Notes: generated from the sequence alone by a model not told the origin. DNA of 64,000 nucleotides from Coleofasciculus chthonoplastes F2-STO-03 (GCA_040222015.1 JAVJWO010000176.1:1-64000); one strand, 5' to 3'; positions 52,501-63,242 are shown, counted from the stretch's first letter. Made by a program: numbers and translations.

Positions 52501-55500
52501 ATGTGGTTTACAGTATCAGAGAAGTGAATAGTTTTCACGGACATAGCGGTACAGTAACTTGTGTTTCTTTTAGTTCGGATGGTCAGTTAATTGCATCGGG
52601 TAGTGAGGATACAACGATTAGAATTTGGACTGTGGAGGGTAGGAAAGTTGCCACATTTAAAGGACATGAGGATACGATTACCAGTATTGACTTTAGCCCA
52701 GACGGAAAATGGATTGTTTCTGGAAGTAAAGACAATACCCTGAAACTATGGCGTATTGAGGGCAAAGAACGTCAAGCAGTTGCTACGTTTACAGGACACA
52801 ATAAACCCGTTACCAGTGTAAGCTTTAGCCCCAATAGTCAGCTAATTGTATCGGGGAGTGAAGACAAAACTGTAAAACTCTGGAAGCTTGATGGCCAAGA
52901 AGTTGACACGTTCAAGCATGATAAAAAGGTTAATAGCGTCAGTTTCAGTCCAAATGGTCAGCTAATTGCCTCTGCTAGTGATGACGAAACGGTAAAGCTT
53001 TGGAGTCAGGATGGTAAATTAATTAAAACCTTAAATCATGGTTCTTCTGTTAATCAAGTAGTTTTTAGTCCGGATAGTCAAATTATTATATCTCAGTTAG
53101 ATCAATCCCTATTCTCATGGCGACAAGACGGTTTCTTGATAAAAAAATATAATTACAATTACTTTGGGGAAATATCGGATTCTAATCAGAAAATATTTGC
53201 ATTCTCTGATCCATTTTATTCAAACACAAAATACGTAACACTACTTCCATTTTTTAACGAAAAGAAAGCAAAATTTAGATTAATAAAAGGTCATAAAAAT
53301 AAAGTTAGTAGTATTGACTTGAGTCCAGATGCAAAAATGCTAGTTTCTGGAAGTGAAGATAACACAGTAAAATTATGGGATGTAGAAAAATCTAGTTTTG
53401 AAACTCCCAGACATATTGATTTGAGTGGTACGGCAACTCATATAAATTTTAGTTTAAATTCTAATCTATTTGCCTCCACTACTACACTTTATACCCGATA
53501 TGGGTTCAGCAAAATCAAAAATAAAAATACTGAACTAGAATTATGGAGTTTAGATGGCAAACTCTTACAAAGCTTTCCAGGAGAAAACTCAACAGTAAGT
53601 TTTAGCCCCAGCAGTCCGATTTTGGCTGCTGCCAGTAGCAATAAAGTTTTACAAATTTGGAGCGAAACTGGTAAAATATTTACCCTTAAAGGAACCAATA
53701 TTGATGAAACAATTAGTTTAGGTGCTAATGACATAGCGCTAACAAATAATAATCATACACAACTGTCAAACAAAGATGATCAATCAAAAATATTTCTCAA
53801 GGGGCATGAAGATCAGATATATCTGATCGATTTCAGTGCTGATGGAAAGACTATTGCCACAGCAAGTAAAGATAACACTGTTAAAATTTGGCAACGGAAT
53901 GGCAAGTTAATTAAAACTTTGAAAGGTTACAAAGATAGAATTAATAACATCAGTTTAAGCTCAAATGGTGAGACATTGGTTATTCATGATAGCGATAACA
54001 ATGTAAAATTCTTGCAAAGAGATGGAACAATTATTAAGACAGTTCAAGGATATGGTCTTCTTAATGTTAGGTTCAGCCCTGATGGTCAGACTCTGGCGAT
54101 TTTGGATAACCCTCTACCTCTATATATTTACACTAATAACACATTGACAACTTGGAAAATCGACGGCACTAAAATTGCCACGTTTAAAGTCAATGGCTGG
54201 ATTAAAGATTTTAGCTCGGATGGCAAGACAATAGTTACTGAAGATGACAACAGTAAGCAATTCTGGGATCTAAACGGTACTTTGCTCAATACCTTTGACA
54301 AAAAAACAAAAGGCTACAGTCATGATTACCGAATATTGTTGACGGTCAAAGATGATAAAATATTACAACTTTGGCAGCGTGATGGAAGTAAACTTGCTAC
54401 TATTAAAGTTCAGGCTGAGTCACTGTACAACGACATATATAGTGACTTTTTAGTTAGGTATCGTTTCAGTCCAGACAGTAAAAAGATCGCCCTGCTAACT
54501 AGCCAAAACACAGTGGAACTCTGGAAAACCGATGGCACTTTTATAAAAAGTATCCCATTTCAGATTGATCGATTCGCTAACGAAAATCAACCTGAACGCA
54601 TACCCATGAATTTTAGTCCCAATAGCCAAACCTTTGCCATTCGCAGTGATGACAACACTGTGCAACTTTGGAGTGTTCAAGGTAAATTGAAGCAGACTAT
54701 TCAGGGACAGGGAGATGCGATTACCGATCTAAGCTTTCTGCCAAACAGCGAAACTCTTGCCATTACGGGAATTGATGATACAGTGAAACTCTGGAAAACT
54801 GACGGCACATTGCTGAAAAGTCTTCAAGAACCAAGAAATCAGGTGAACCGCGTCAGTCATAGTCCCGACGGTAAACTGATTGCGGCTGCTAGCGATGACA
54901 AAACTGTTAAAATCTGGAACCGGGAAGGCAAATTAATTAGAACGCTTAAAGAACATACCGATCATGTTAATGATGTGAGTTTCAGCCCCGACGGTAAACT
55001 GATTGCCTCAGCCAGCGATGATAAAACCGTCAAAATTTGGCAGCTTGATGGTACATTAATTAAAACCTTCGATGAACATGGCAATAGCGTCAATCGGGTA
55101 ACATTCAGTCCTGATGGACAGTTTATTGCTTCTGCGAGTGATGACAAAACCGTTAAACTCTGGAGTCTGAATGACAAAACAACTCTCTCATTCTCTCATG
55201 ACTATCCAGTGACCAGTGTCAACTTTAGACCCGATGGTCAACTGATTGCTTCAGCGAGTACAGAAAACGTAAAACTCTGGAGTTTGGATGGTAAACTACT
55301 GACAACCTTTGAGCGGATAGGCAGTCATGACGTGAGTTTCAGCCCTGATGGTCAACTGATTGCGGCTGGCGGTGATAATAACATTTCCGTATGGGATTCT
55401 GATTTGGATAAATTGCTAGAACGGGGATGTAATTGGGCGCGGAATTATCTCAAGCATAATCCCAAGGTGAAAGAACGCGATCGCACTCTCTGTGATGATA

Positions 55501-55517
55501 TTGGTACTCAAGAGTAA
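49521..55517 (+). CDS. Degenerate-NTPase/TPR/STAND NTPase/TM/WD40 protein
   Basis: GSSGVGKSS, IFDQFEEFF, YQLVHDYL, hydrophobic helix near 52257-52328, many WD40 repeats. Confidence 0.88.
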   Translation: MNTPDPLAEIAACNDQALNTLTRSLTKSQGEFTLILARCNYTCLRSQILHLLHQRCSLNLFELTLDSSAQTIYTAIHNHVENQQPDAILVTGLESVTDLDNLLIATNRVRDLFRKFPFPVVFWVTNQVCKRLIKVAMDLYNWSSPKLEFVLPEPALMALVAETAHQALADEDNLTLDDTELQAILQSYSAQGQNFPPDFHAILCLSLGIIHTRNNHIDAAIPYYQQSLTLWQEHQSGEQMGITSLHLAWAYALKGEQYQAEIRDYVQQTWQHLHQEHCTDSLIHHSCKLGDLLRQVGDWEKLQQLAEKALTWHQQQGDVQKIAQDYGFLADVALNKRQWRDAQKFAQQGIKAWQQVSEFEIKRLGLCYFILAQSQQHLGQEKDAIATLATAREISLNATIPLHQYDPKLYVNILQNLRTLKFAQGDYLDAFHLKLEQRQIETQYGLRAFIGAGRLHPPRQVIQPGIRGRQGLSLSQIVASSGRQKDVEELLERIRRRDRKLTVIYGSSGVGKSSILQAGLVPILQQTYFEGRDIVPVLLQVYKDWVGGLDKGLVEALKKVNRSSIFANDSLETQSDPPPAPLKKGGAKRGSNIDLIGDNKRSSDSPLPLQGRGAGGVRSTLSMILNQLRQNEHSQLLTVLIFDQFEEFFFDHKDPASRREFYEFLRQCVEIPYVKVILSLREDYIYYLLELNRTTPLTNIDKNHEHILYYLGNFSAADAKAVIQSLTARSHLPFEPDLVDQLVQDLAKDLGEVRPIELQIVGYQLETEKMTTREEYQKYESKEELVEAFLADVVQDCGSGNEQVAKLVLYLLTDENNTRPLKTRADLELELEVKNETLDLVLEVLVESGIVLRVPAIPDDRYQLVHDYLVLFVRHQQSERLIKELEKEREQRKLTEAKLNQVLRQQLEDTRRSLVWKVGLGVLSGALAIFLPFVLLNQNDSYLNSRITEAKRKLSSNQDLEALVETLKAGKRLQRWSIGVNPETEIKVKAALQDVVYSIREVNSFHGHSGTVTCVSFSSDGQLIASGSEDTTIRIWTVEGRKVATFKGHEDTITSIDFSPDGKWIVSGSKDNTLKLWRIEGKERQAVATFTGHNKPVTSVSFSPNSQLIVSGSEDKTVKLWKLDGQEVDTFKHDKKVNSVSFSPNGQLIASASDDETVKLWSQDGKLIKTLNHGSSVNQVVFSPDSQIIISQLDQSLFSWRQDGFLIKKYNYNYFGEISDSNQKIFAFSDPFYSNTKYVTLLPFFNEKKAKFRLIKGHKNKVSSIDLSPDAKMLVSGSEDNTVKLWDVEKSSFETPRHIDLSGTATHINFSLNSNLFASTTTLYTRYGFSKIKNKNTELELWSLDGKLLQSFPGENSTVSFSPSSPILAAASSNKVLQIWSETGKIFTLKGTNIDETISLGANDIALTNNNHTQLSNKDDQSKIFLKGHEDQIYLIDFSADGKTIATASKDNTVKIWQRNGKLIKTLKGYKDRINNISLSSNGETLVIHDSDNNVKFLQRDGTIIKTVQGYGLLNVRFSPDGQTLAILDNPLPLYIYTNNTLTTWKIDGTKIATFKVNGWIKDFSSDGKTIVTEDDNSKQFWDLNGTLLNTFDKKTKGYSHDYRILLTVKDDKILQLWQRDGSKLATIKVQAESLYNDIYSDFLVRYRFSPDSKKIALLTSQNTVELWKTDGTFIKSIPFQIDRFANENQPERIPMNFSPNSQTFAIRSDDNTVQLWSVQGKLKQTIQGQGDAITDLSFLPNSETLAITGIDDTVKLWKTDGTLLKSLQEPRNQVNRVSHSPDGKLIAAASDDKTVKIWNREGKLIRTLKEHTDHVNDVSFSPDGKLIASASDDKTVKIWQLDGTLIKTFDEHGNSVNRVTFSPDGQFIASASDDKTVKLWSLNDKTTLSFSHDYPVTSVNFRPDGQLIASASTENVKLWSLDGKLLTTFERIGSHDVSFSPDGQLIAAGGDNNISVWDSDLDKLLERGCNWARNYLKHNPKVKERDRTLCDDIGTQE

Positions 55518-55601
55518 ATTTTGGTTCGTGGCTATCTTGTCCACAATTGTCCTGTGTTGAGCGGATAGCGCTACTCTGAAATTGCACTCTTATCTTGTGC
55601 C

Positions 55602-56576
55602 ATGAACTCTATCCTGGTTTTCGGTAGCATCAACATCGATTTAGTCACCAAAACGCCTCGTTTACCTGTTGCGGGTGAAACGGTGAATGGATCTGACTTT
55701 TTTACCGCCCCTGGGGGGAAAGGGGCAAATCAAGCCGTCGCCGCCGCACGACTGGGAATGATGACTCACTTGGTTGGGCGCTTGGGAGATGATGCATTTG
55801 CCCATCAACTGCTGGCAAGTTTACAAGCCGCAGGTGTGCAAACAGATAAAATTTTGCGGGATACTTCAACAAGTTCCGGTGTGGCGGTGATTTTGGTTGA
55901 TGAAGCGGGTGAAAATCAGATTGTGATTACAGCAGGTGCCAATGGACAACTAAATCAAACCGATGTGGAACGCCTCAAACCCCTCTTAGCCACAGCCACC
56001 GCGCTACTAATGCAGTTAGAAATTCCCCTAACAGCCGTAGTTGAAGCGGCTAGAACTGCCCATGACGCAGGTGTTCCAGTAATTCTTGATCCAGCACCTG
56101 CCCAGGATATTCCACCTGAACTGTACAGCTTGGTTGATATTATCACTCCCAATCAGATAGAAGCGAGTCAGCTTGTGGGTTTTGCTGTGGATAGTCTGGA
56201 AACAGCCAAACAAGCCGCGCCTATCCTTCAGCAACGAGGTGTGAAGACTGTAATTCTGACATTGGGGAACCAAGGCGTTTACTGTAGCACCCCATCTGAA
56301 AGCTTTTTTATACCAGCATTTCCAGTTCAAGTTGTTGATACTACGGCGGCGGGTGATGCGTTTAATGGGGCATTAGCTGTGGCGTTGGCTGAGGGATTAC
56401 CGATGCAGGAAGCTGTTGTTTGGGGTGCAGCAGCCGGGGCAATTTCGGTGACTCAAGCCGGGGCGCAGCCTTCGCTACCAAATCGCGAAACATTGGCACA
56501 GTTTCTAACGGATGTAGAGACGCGCCATGGCGCGTCTCTACGCAACATTCGTGGCGTTGTTTTTCGTTCAGATTAA
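55602..56576 (+). CDS. rbsK: Ribokinase
   Basis: [26 protein letters not shown]. Confidence 0.93.
   Translation: MNSILVFGSINIDLVTKTPRLPVAGETVNGSDFFTAPGGKGANQAVAAARLGMMTHLVGRLGDDAFAHQLLASLQAAGVQTDKILRDTSTSSGVAVILVDEAGENQIVITAGANGQLNQTDVERLKPLLATATALLMQLEIPLTAVVEAARTAHDAGVPVILDPAPAQDIPPELYSLVDIITPNQIEASQLVGFAVDSLETAKQAAPILQQRGVKTVILTLGNQGVYCSTPSESFFIPAFPVQVVDTTAAGDAFNGALAVALAEGLPMQEAVVWGAAAGAISVTQAGAQPSLPNRETLAQFLTDVETRHGASLRNIRGVVFRSD
56514..56541. repeat. 28-bp perfect palindrome GTAGAGACGCGCCATGGCGCGTCTCTAC inside rbsK 3' end
   Basis: Identical to core of 37621-37650. Confidence 0.92.
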
Positions 56577-56848
56577 CCACCAGCCACAGCAGGGACAATG
56601 CTGACTTCATCGCCATCGCTGAGTTGGGTATTTGTGCCATCCAGAAAGCGAATATCTTCGCTATTGACGTAGAAGTTTAAAAAGCGGCGAGGCTTCCCTT
56701 GATCATCACACAAGCGCCCTTTAATTCCAGGACAACTAATTTCGAGGGAGTCCAAAAGTTCAGCGACATTGCCAGCGCTGCATTCAATCATTGCTTTATT
56801 GTCAGTGAATTTCTGGAGGGTGGTAGGAATTAAAACTTTTACAGCCAT
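56573..56848 (-). CDS. MoaD/ThiS/CysO-like sulfur carrier protein
   Basis: Ubiquitin-like size, C-terminal PAVAGG. Confidence 0.92.
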   Translation of the reverse strand: MAVKVLIPTTLQKFTDNKAMIECSAGNVAELLDSLEISCPGIKGRLCDDQGKPRRFLNFYVNSEDIRFLDGTNTQLSDGDEVSIVPAVAGG

Positions 56849-57084
56849 AGATTTGGAATCAGTGATTAATGGGTAGATGTTCGAGATGTTTCCAAGTAGA
56901 GATATAGGGAAACAACTTAAGGTGATAAGCAATACTGGTCAGCTTTTGGGCTGTGTACTCGCACTTTTTGCCTCCCTTCTTCTACCCAAGCCGGGTTAAC
57001 TACCCCCTTCATGAGTAGAGACAAGGCAACAGGCTTTCATCGGCTAAGGGATAAAGGGGGTTCCTGTCGTCGGATTTGGTATTA

Positions 57085-57125
57085 CTCCCCTCTCCCAAGC
57101 TTGGGAGAGGGGCTGGGGGTGAGGG
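57085..57125. repeat. CCCCTCTCCC-type hairpin repeat
   Basis: Inverse of 1165-1205. Confidence 0.8.
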
Positions 57126-57136
57126 TTGTCAACGTA

Positions 57137-58450
57137 TTAAACCAAAACTTGTTGCCATTCTAAACGGTCAAGGGTATGCGCCCGTTCTAATGCTCGCTCA
57201 AAGCTATCCAATTTGGGTTCAATGGTGAGGGGTTCTCCAATATATCCTTGAACTGCTTCTTGGGTTTTGAGTCCATTCCCAGTGATATAGGCAACAGTGG
57301 TTTCATCCGGGTTAATTTTTCCAGCTTCCACCAATTTTTTGAGAACGGCAATTGTTGTACCGCCAGCGGTTTCGGTAAAGATACCTTCGGTTTCCGCCAG
57401 CAGTTTCATTCCTTCGACGATTTCAGCGTCGGTGACGGATTCAATAGTGCCGTTGGTTTTCTGGGCGATCTCTAGGGCGTAAATGCCATCTGCTGGATTT
57501 CCGATCGCGATCGACTTAGCAATTGTACTTGGTTTTACCGGAGTGACAAAATCCCGTCCTTCCCGGAAGGCTTGGGCAATGGGAGAACAGCCTTCGGCTT
57601 GTGCGCCACTGAAGCGAACCGCTTTATCTGCCACTAAACCAGTTTTGACGAACTCTTGGAAGCCTTTGTGAATTTTGGTGAACAGAGAACCCGAAGCGAG
57701 GGGAGCAACAATATGATCCGGTAACTGCCAACCCAGTTGTTCGGCGACTTCAAAGCCCAGAGTTTTTGAGCCTTCTGAATAATAAGGACGCAAATTAATA
57801 TTGACAAATCCCCAACCATGGGTATTGGCAACCTCACAACAGAGGCGATTGACCTGATCATAGTTGCCTTCTACTGCCATTACGGTGGGGTTGTAGATTA
57901 ATGTACCTAAGACTTTCCCCGCTTCTAAGTCAGCCGGAATAAATACACAACAATCTAAGCCCGCGTGTGCCGCGATCGCAGCGGTAGAATTAGCTAAGTT
58001 CCCTGTACTGGCACAAGATACGGTAGAAAATCCTAATTCTCTAGCTCTAGTGAGGGCTACAGATACCACCCGATCCTTGAAACTCAAGGTGGGCATATTT
58101 ACAGCATCATTTTTAATATAAAGATTTTTTAGACCCAGGCGTCGGGCGAGGCGATGGGATTTGACGAGAGGCGTCATCCCTGTACCCACATCAATAGGAT
58201 TATCACTAGCGACGGGTAAGAAGGAACGATAGCGCCAAATTGAATTCGGACCTGACTGAATCGTCTCACGAGTAACGTGGCGGCGCAGGGCGTCGTAGTC
58301 ATACGTGACTTCCAATGGACCGAAGCAGAACTCGCAAACGTGGATGGGCTGGAGTTCATACTCAGCACCACATTCTTTACAGGTGAGGTTTTTGAATGTG
58401 GCAGAGGTGCTGGATGTATTGGATGTATGGGGGATGGTTGCCTGGGTCAT
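57137..58450 (-). CDS. thrC: Threonine synthase family PLP enzyme
   Basis: CxxC..CxxC N terminus, PTLSFKDR, CASTGN, TGNGLK. Confidence 0.88.
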   Translation of the reverse strand: MTQATIPHTSNTSSTSATFKNLTCKECGAEYELQPIHVCEFCFGPLEVTYDYDALRRHVTRETIQSGPNSIWRYRSFLPVASDNPIDVGTGMTPLVKSHRLARRLGLKNLYIKNDAVNMPTLSFKDRVVSVALTRARELGFSTVSCASTGNLANSTAAIAAHAGLDCCVFIPADLEAGKVLGTLIYNPTVMAVEGNYDQVNRLCCEVANTHGWGFVNINLRPYYSEGSKTLGFEVAEQLGWQLPDHIVAPLASGSLFTKIHKGFQEFVKTGLVADKAVRFSGAQAEGCSPIAQAFREGRDFVTPVKPSTIAKSIAIGNPADGIYALEIAQKTNGTIESVTDAEIVEGMKLLAETEGIFTETAGGTTIAVLKKLVEAGKINPDETTVAYITGNGLKTQEAVQGYIGEPLTIEPKLDSFERALERAHTLDRLEWQQVLV

Positions 58451-58485
58451 GATGTGGTCTCTCTCTATTCGTCACTATTTTGCTG

Positions 58486-58538
58486 ATAGTATCACAGCCC
58501 AAAACCACCGTCAAACATACCCGACTTTTTTTGTCGGG
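58486..58538 (-). promoter_or_regulatory. Promoter of thrC with adjacent inverted repeat
   Basis: Minus strand TTGACG-N17-TACTAT; CCCGAC-N7-GTCGGG at 58520-58538. Confidence 0.6.
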
Positions 58539-58591
58539 ATTGATTTTGCGGAAAGGAAGCTGGGTAAGCTGGGGGAGATGAGGGAGATTAT

Positions 58592-58716
58592 GTAGGGGCG
58601 GGTTTCACTACTATTGTTTGAAATGGTGCGTTACGCTTCGCTAACGCACCCTACATACGAATGACAAATGACGAATGACAAATGACGAATGACAAATGAC
58701 AAATGACAAATGACAA
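58592..58716. repeat. REP-like hairpins and (A/G)AATGAC heptamer array
   Basis: GTAGGGGCGGG 58592, GGTGCGTTACGCTTCGCTAACGCACCCTAC 58625, about 8 heptamers 58659-58716. Confidence 0.85.
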
Positions 58717-61700
58717 ACACTTCCCTATATCAAGTCGGTGGAAGCTTGCACAAAGATGCTCCCACCTATGTTCAACGAAAAGCCGATCGCGAACTGTATC
58801 ATGCTCTAAAACAGGGTGAGTTTTGCTATGTTCTCAACTGTCGGCAAATGGGAAAATCGTCTCTATTAGTTCAAACCCACCATCGCTTGCAAGAAGAAGG
58901 ATTCCAATGTGCCACGCTTGATATGACCATGATAGGTTCGGAAACGATTACGCCTGATCAGTGGTATAAGGGATTAGTTCTGGATTTAACTCGCAAATTT
59001 AAACTGTTTAAAACGGTTAATTTAAAAAAATGGTGGCAGGAGCAAGAAGATATTTCGTTGCCTCAGCGATTTAATAAATTTATCAGCGAAATCCTTTTAA
59101 CTCAATTCCCCAACCAAAATATAATTATATTTATCGATGAAATTGATAGTATTTTAAGCTTGAATTTTCCTATTGATGACTTTTTTGCCCTAATTCGGTT
59201 TTGTTATAATCAACGTAGTCTAGAATCTGACTACAATCGCCTCACCTTTGTTATCTTTGGTGTCGCTACACCCAGCGATTTAATTGCCGACAAAAAGCGC
59301 ACGCCATTTAATATTGGCAAAGCCATAGAACTGCACGGCTTTCAACTGGACGAAGCCCAACCCTTAACCCAAGGATTCAGCCAACAATTTGCTAAACCTG
59401 AAGCCATTATTAAAGAAATATTAGCCTGGACAGGAGGACAGCCTTTTTTAACCCAAAAGCTATGTCAACTGGTGCTAGACGTGGCGCAAAATACAGTGAG
59501 AGATGATCTAAAAATTCCACCGGGTACTGAAGCCTTTTGGGTGGAATCCGTGGTACGCGATCGCATCATTCAGCATTGGGAGTCTCAGGATGAGCCAGAA
59601 CACCTCCGTACCGTCCGCGATCGCCTGTTGAGAAACGAAGCACGGGCGAGTCGATTACTGGGCATTTATCAACAAATTTTACAGGGGATTGATATTGCCA
59701 CCGATGATAGTCGTGAACAAACAGAATTACTTTTATCGGGCTTAGTCGTCAAAGAACAAGGAATATTAAAGGTAAAAAATCGCATTTATCCAGCCGTTTT
59801 TAACCTGGACTGGGTTGAAAAACAATTAAACCATCTACGCCCTTACTCTCAAGCCTTATCTGCTTGGATTACCTCCCAATTTCAGGATTCATCACGACTC
59901 TTGCGGGGACAAGCATTAAAAGATGCCCAAAACTGGTCTCAGGACAAAAGTTTAAGTGACTTAGATTATCAATTCTTAGCCGCCAGTCAAATCTGCGATC
60001 GCAATGAAGTACAACAGCAGATAGAAGCCGAACGCATCAAGGAAGTGGAAGCCCGACTAATCGCTGAACGTCAGATAGCGAAAAAGCAGCGATTACTCTT
60101 AGTAACCTTTGCGGCAATGTTAGTTATTGTCAGTGGATTGGCTGGCGCAATTCTGGTGCAAAACCGCAGGTTAGCCATTAGTGAAATTGAGGCAATTACT
60201 ACGTCTTCAGAAGCACTATTTGCCCTCGATCAACGATTAGAGGCATTAATCGCCGCCCTGCGAGCCAAACAGAAAGTACAAGCCTTAGGTCGAGTGGATA
60301 CCCAGACCAAAAATTCGGTTGAAACAGTGCTACGAAAGGCAGTGTATGGTGTCAGAGAACATAACCGCCTCTCTGGTCATCACCAGCAAGTCCATGATGT
60401 AACATTTAGTCCTGATGGTTTAATAATTGCTTCAGCAGGTGACGATAAAACGATTAAGCTTTGGCAACCTGATGGAACGTTATTAACTACATTTCAAGCA
60501 CACAGCGATACAATCAAAAGCGTAACCTTTAGCCCAGATAGTCAACTCATTGCTTCGGCGAGTCAGGATAAAACCGTAAAACTATGGCGGAGTGATGGCA
60601 CATTAGTTGCTACACTGAATGGGCATAATGCTCAAGTAAATAGTGTCACCTTTAGTCCGAATGGTCAGATGTTGGTGTCTGGGAGTGATGATCAGACAAT
60701 CAGACTTTGGACAATTGATCAGACTTGCATGAATTTAGCAGACAAGGTAGATGAGGGAGATAGGGGAGATGAGGGCGGGTTTAGTAACATTAGGGTGACA
60801 ACAAATGATCAGCTTGAAACCCGCCCCTACACAAAATTTAAAATCATGCCATCGAGGGTTGCAAAGGGTCAAAACCATTCCCTCGAACGAATTGAAGGAG
60901 CGCCCAATCCCCAAGAATGCTTTATTTCTAGAATTATCAAAGGGCATCGCGGAGAAGTTCGCAGTGTAGTCTTTAGTCCTGATGGTCAATACTTTGCCTC
61001 TGCCAGTTGGGATGATACTATCAAACTTTGGACACCTCAGGGTATGTTACTGAAAACTCTCAAAGGTCATGATGCTGGCGTGAATTATGTAACCATTAGT
61101 ACCAATGGTCAACTTGTGGCTTCAAGTTCGATAGATGGAACCGTCAAACTCTGGCAACCTGATGGAATATTACGGAGAACGTTAACCGGACATACGGATG
61201 GAGTTTTTGGTTTAGCATTTAGTTCCGATAGTCAAACCCTTGCTTCTGTAAGTTGGGATCAAACCGTTAGACTTTGGCAAACAGATGGAACCGAACTCAC
61301 TGTTTTGAAAGGGCATAAAAATGGACTCTGGGCGGTGGCATTTAGCCCCGATGGTCAAATGTTGGCGTCTGCGAGTTTGGATGGCACCATTAAACTTTGG
61401 ACGCCGGAAAAAACTTTGTTAACCTTTCTCCAAGGACATCAGGATGCAGTTTGGGGTGTTGATTTTAGTCCGGATAGTCAAACTCTGGTTTCTGGGAGTT
61501 GGGATGGTGCGATAAAACTTTGGCGACGTGATGGTCAGGTGTTGGCGTCTTTTGATGGGCATGATGAAGCCGTGTTCGATGTTGCTGTTGCTCCCAAAAT
61601 GAATGCGAATTCCCCCTCTAAAAATGATAGGGTTAAGAAGAAAGGAAAGAATCAAGGCAATAGCGAAACCGTTAAATCACTGCTAATCAATGAGTTAATG

Positions 61701-62486
61701 ATTGCCTCAGCCAGTGAAGATAAAACGATAAAACTTTGGCAGGGTGATGGGAGTTTATTGAAAACATTACGGGGACATAGCAGCGCGGTTTTTAGTGTCG
61801 CTTTTAGCCAAAATGGTCAGTTACTTGCCTCTGGAAGTGGTGATAAAACTGTCAAACTTTGGACACGAGATGGTAAATTGCAGAAAACTTTAACTGGACA
61901 TAATGGAGGGGTTTTCAGTGTAGCATTTAGTCCAGATGGTCAGTTGATTGCCTCTGGAGGTGAAGATAAAACGATTAAACTTTGGACAAGGGAGGGCACA
62001 TTGTTGAAAACCTTAACCGGACATGGTGATAGTATTCTTGGTTTAGCCTTTAGTCCCGATAGTCAACGCCTTGCCTCTGCCAGTTGGGATAATACGATAA
62101 AACTTTGGACAAGGGAGGGCATCTTACTCGCCACTCTAGAGGGGCATCGCGATCGCGTCAACGATATTGCATTTAGTCCCGATGGGCAACTTCTGGCGTC
62201 TGCGGGTTTAGATAAGACGGTTAAGCTGTGGCGCAATGACGGTACACTGCTAGTCACGTTAGAAGCCCATCGCGATCGCGTCTACGATATCACCTTTAGT
62301 CCCGATGGTCGCACCCTTGCCTCTGCTAGTGTAGACAAAAGCGTAATTTTGTGGGATTTAGAGCGAGTTGTTAATCTTGATCAGGTTTGGGCGTTTGGTT
62401 GTGATTGGGTACAGGACTATCTGCGGACAAATGTCAACGTTAAGGAACAGGACAAAAAAGTTTGTGACAACGTTAGTAACCCTTAA
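58710..62486 (+). CDS. AAA_35-like NTPase/TM/WD40 protein with two in-frame insertions
   Basis: [34 protein letters not shown] near 60092-60158, WD40 repeats. Confidence 0.9.
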   Translation: MTNTSLYQVGGSLHKDAPTYVQRKADRELYHALKQGEFCYVLNCRQMGKSSLLVQTHHRLQEEGFQCATLDMTMIGSETITPDQWYKGLVLDLTRKFKLFKTVNLKKWWQEQEDISLPQRFNKFISEILLTQFPNQNIIIFIDEIDSILSLNFPIDDFFALIRFCYNQRSLESDYNRLTFVIFGVATPSDLIADKKRTPFNIGKAIELHGFQLDEAQPLTQGFSQQFAKPEAIIKEILAWTGGQPFLTQKLCQLVLDVAQNTVRDDLKIPPGTEAFWVESVVRDRIIQHWESQDEPEHLRTVRDRLLRNEARASRLLGIYQQILQGIDIATDDSREQTELLLSGLVVKEQGILKVKNRIYPAVFNLDWVEKQLNHLRPYSQALSAWITSQFQDSSRLLRGQALKDAQNWSQDKSLSDLDYQFLAASQICDRNEVQQQIEAERIKEVEARLIAERQIAKKQRLLLVTFAAMLVIVSGLAGAILVQNRRLAISEIEAITTSSEALFALDQRLEALIAALRAKQKVQALGRVDTQTKNSVETVLRKAVYGVREHNRLSGHHQQVHDVTFSPDGLIIASAGDDKTIKLWQPDGTLLTTFQAHSDTIKSVTFSPDSQLIASASQDKTVKLWRSDGTLVATLNGHNAQVNSVTFSPNGQMLVSGSDDQTIRLWTIDQTCMNLADKVDEGDRGDEGGFSNIRVTTNDQLETRPYTKFKIMPSRVAKGQNHSLERIEGAPNPQECFISRIIKGHRGEVRSVVFSPDGQYFASASWDDTIKLWTPQGMLLKTLKGHDAGVNYVTISTNGQLVASSSIDGTVKLWQPDGILRRTLTGHTDGVFGLAFSSDSQTLASVSWDQTVRLWQTDGTELTVLKGHKNGLWAVAFSPDGQMLASASLDGTIKLWTPEKTLLTFLQGHQDAVWGVDFSPDSQTLVSGSWDGAIKLWRRDGQVLASFDGHDEAVFDVAVAPKMNANSPSKNDRVKKKGKNQGNSETVKSLLINELMIASASEDKTIKLWQGDGSLLKTLRGHSSAVFSVAFSQNGQLLASGSGDKTVKLWTRDGKLQKTLTGHNGGVFSVAFSPDGQLIASGGEDKTIKLWTREGTLLKTLTGHGDSILGLAFSPDSQRLASASWDNTIKLWTREGILLATLEGHRDRVNDIAFSPDGQLLASAGLDKTVKLWRNDGTLLVTLEAHRDRVYDITFSPDGRTLASASVDKSVILWDLERVVNLDQVWAFGCDWVQDYLRTNVNVKEQDKKVCDNVSNP

Positions 62487-62612
62487 CGCCGCAGGCGTTT
62501 AAGTAGGTGGGGACAATTAAAGTTAAATTTCATCTAGACTAGCTATATATTTTTTATCAATGCAGTGTGGTCATTCAGAACAAAAAACTTATAACTTTAT
62601 CACTTCTATAGT

Positions 62613-63122
62613 ATGGATATTCTAACCAAGCTGGCTAATCGCCGTTATTTTGACCAAAAACTTGAACAAGAGTGGCATCATTTAAATGTCGAACAGTCTC
62701 CTCTATCCTTGATTTTGTGTGATATTGATTGTTTCAAAACCTACAACGAAATCTATGGCATAGCAGCGGGCGATGAGTGCTTACAACGCATTGCCGATTG
62801 CCTACGTCGCTGTGTCAAACGGACAACAGATGTCGTGGCGCGTTATGGGGGAGAAGAATTTGCCATTCTTTTACCTCATACGAATGCCATGGGAGCGTTT
62901 CAGGTTGCTGAAAAGATGCGAGAGAAAATCAAATCCCAAGGCATTGAATTTAAACCGCCTGACCCGTTCAATTTACCCGCGCCTGTTGTCACCGTTAGTT
63001 TTGGCGTTGCCTGTCTGGTTGACCCCCATACTGACATTGATACCTTGATTATGGCGGCAAATCAAGCCCTTTATCTATCGAAACAGCAAGGACGCGATCG
63101 CGTTACCCTGAGTTCAGTATAA
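62613..63122 (+). CDS. Stand-alone GGDEF diguanylate cyclase domain
   Basis: LILCDIDCFK, ARYGGEEF. Confidence 0.88.
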   Translation: MDILTKLANRRYFDQKLEQEWHHLNVEQSPLSLILCDIDCFKTYNEIYGIAAGDECLQRIADCLRRCVKRTTDVVARYGGEEFAILLPHTNAMGAFQVAEKMREKIKSQGIEFKPPDPFNLPAPVVTVSFGVACLVDPHTDIDTLIMAANQALYLSKQQGRDRVTLSSV

Positions 63123-63242
63123 GAAGGACGAATGACATAAAATGTAAACAAATATTGCGACTATTTTTAAAATATGTTGAGAAATGCGCCAAACCTCAAA
63201 TACGGTCTTATCCTTGGAACTTAAAGAAATGTGTCGAGGTTG

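Noticed and set aside
56995..57065. IscB/HEARO-like end (GTTAACTACCCC)
   Set aside because: Expected following hairpin and any iscB ORF are absent
60711..60941. Intein or intron in the WD40 insert
   Set aside because: No intein terminal motifs or intron structure; explained by dispersed repeats
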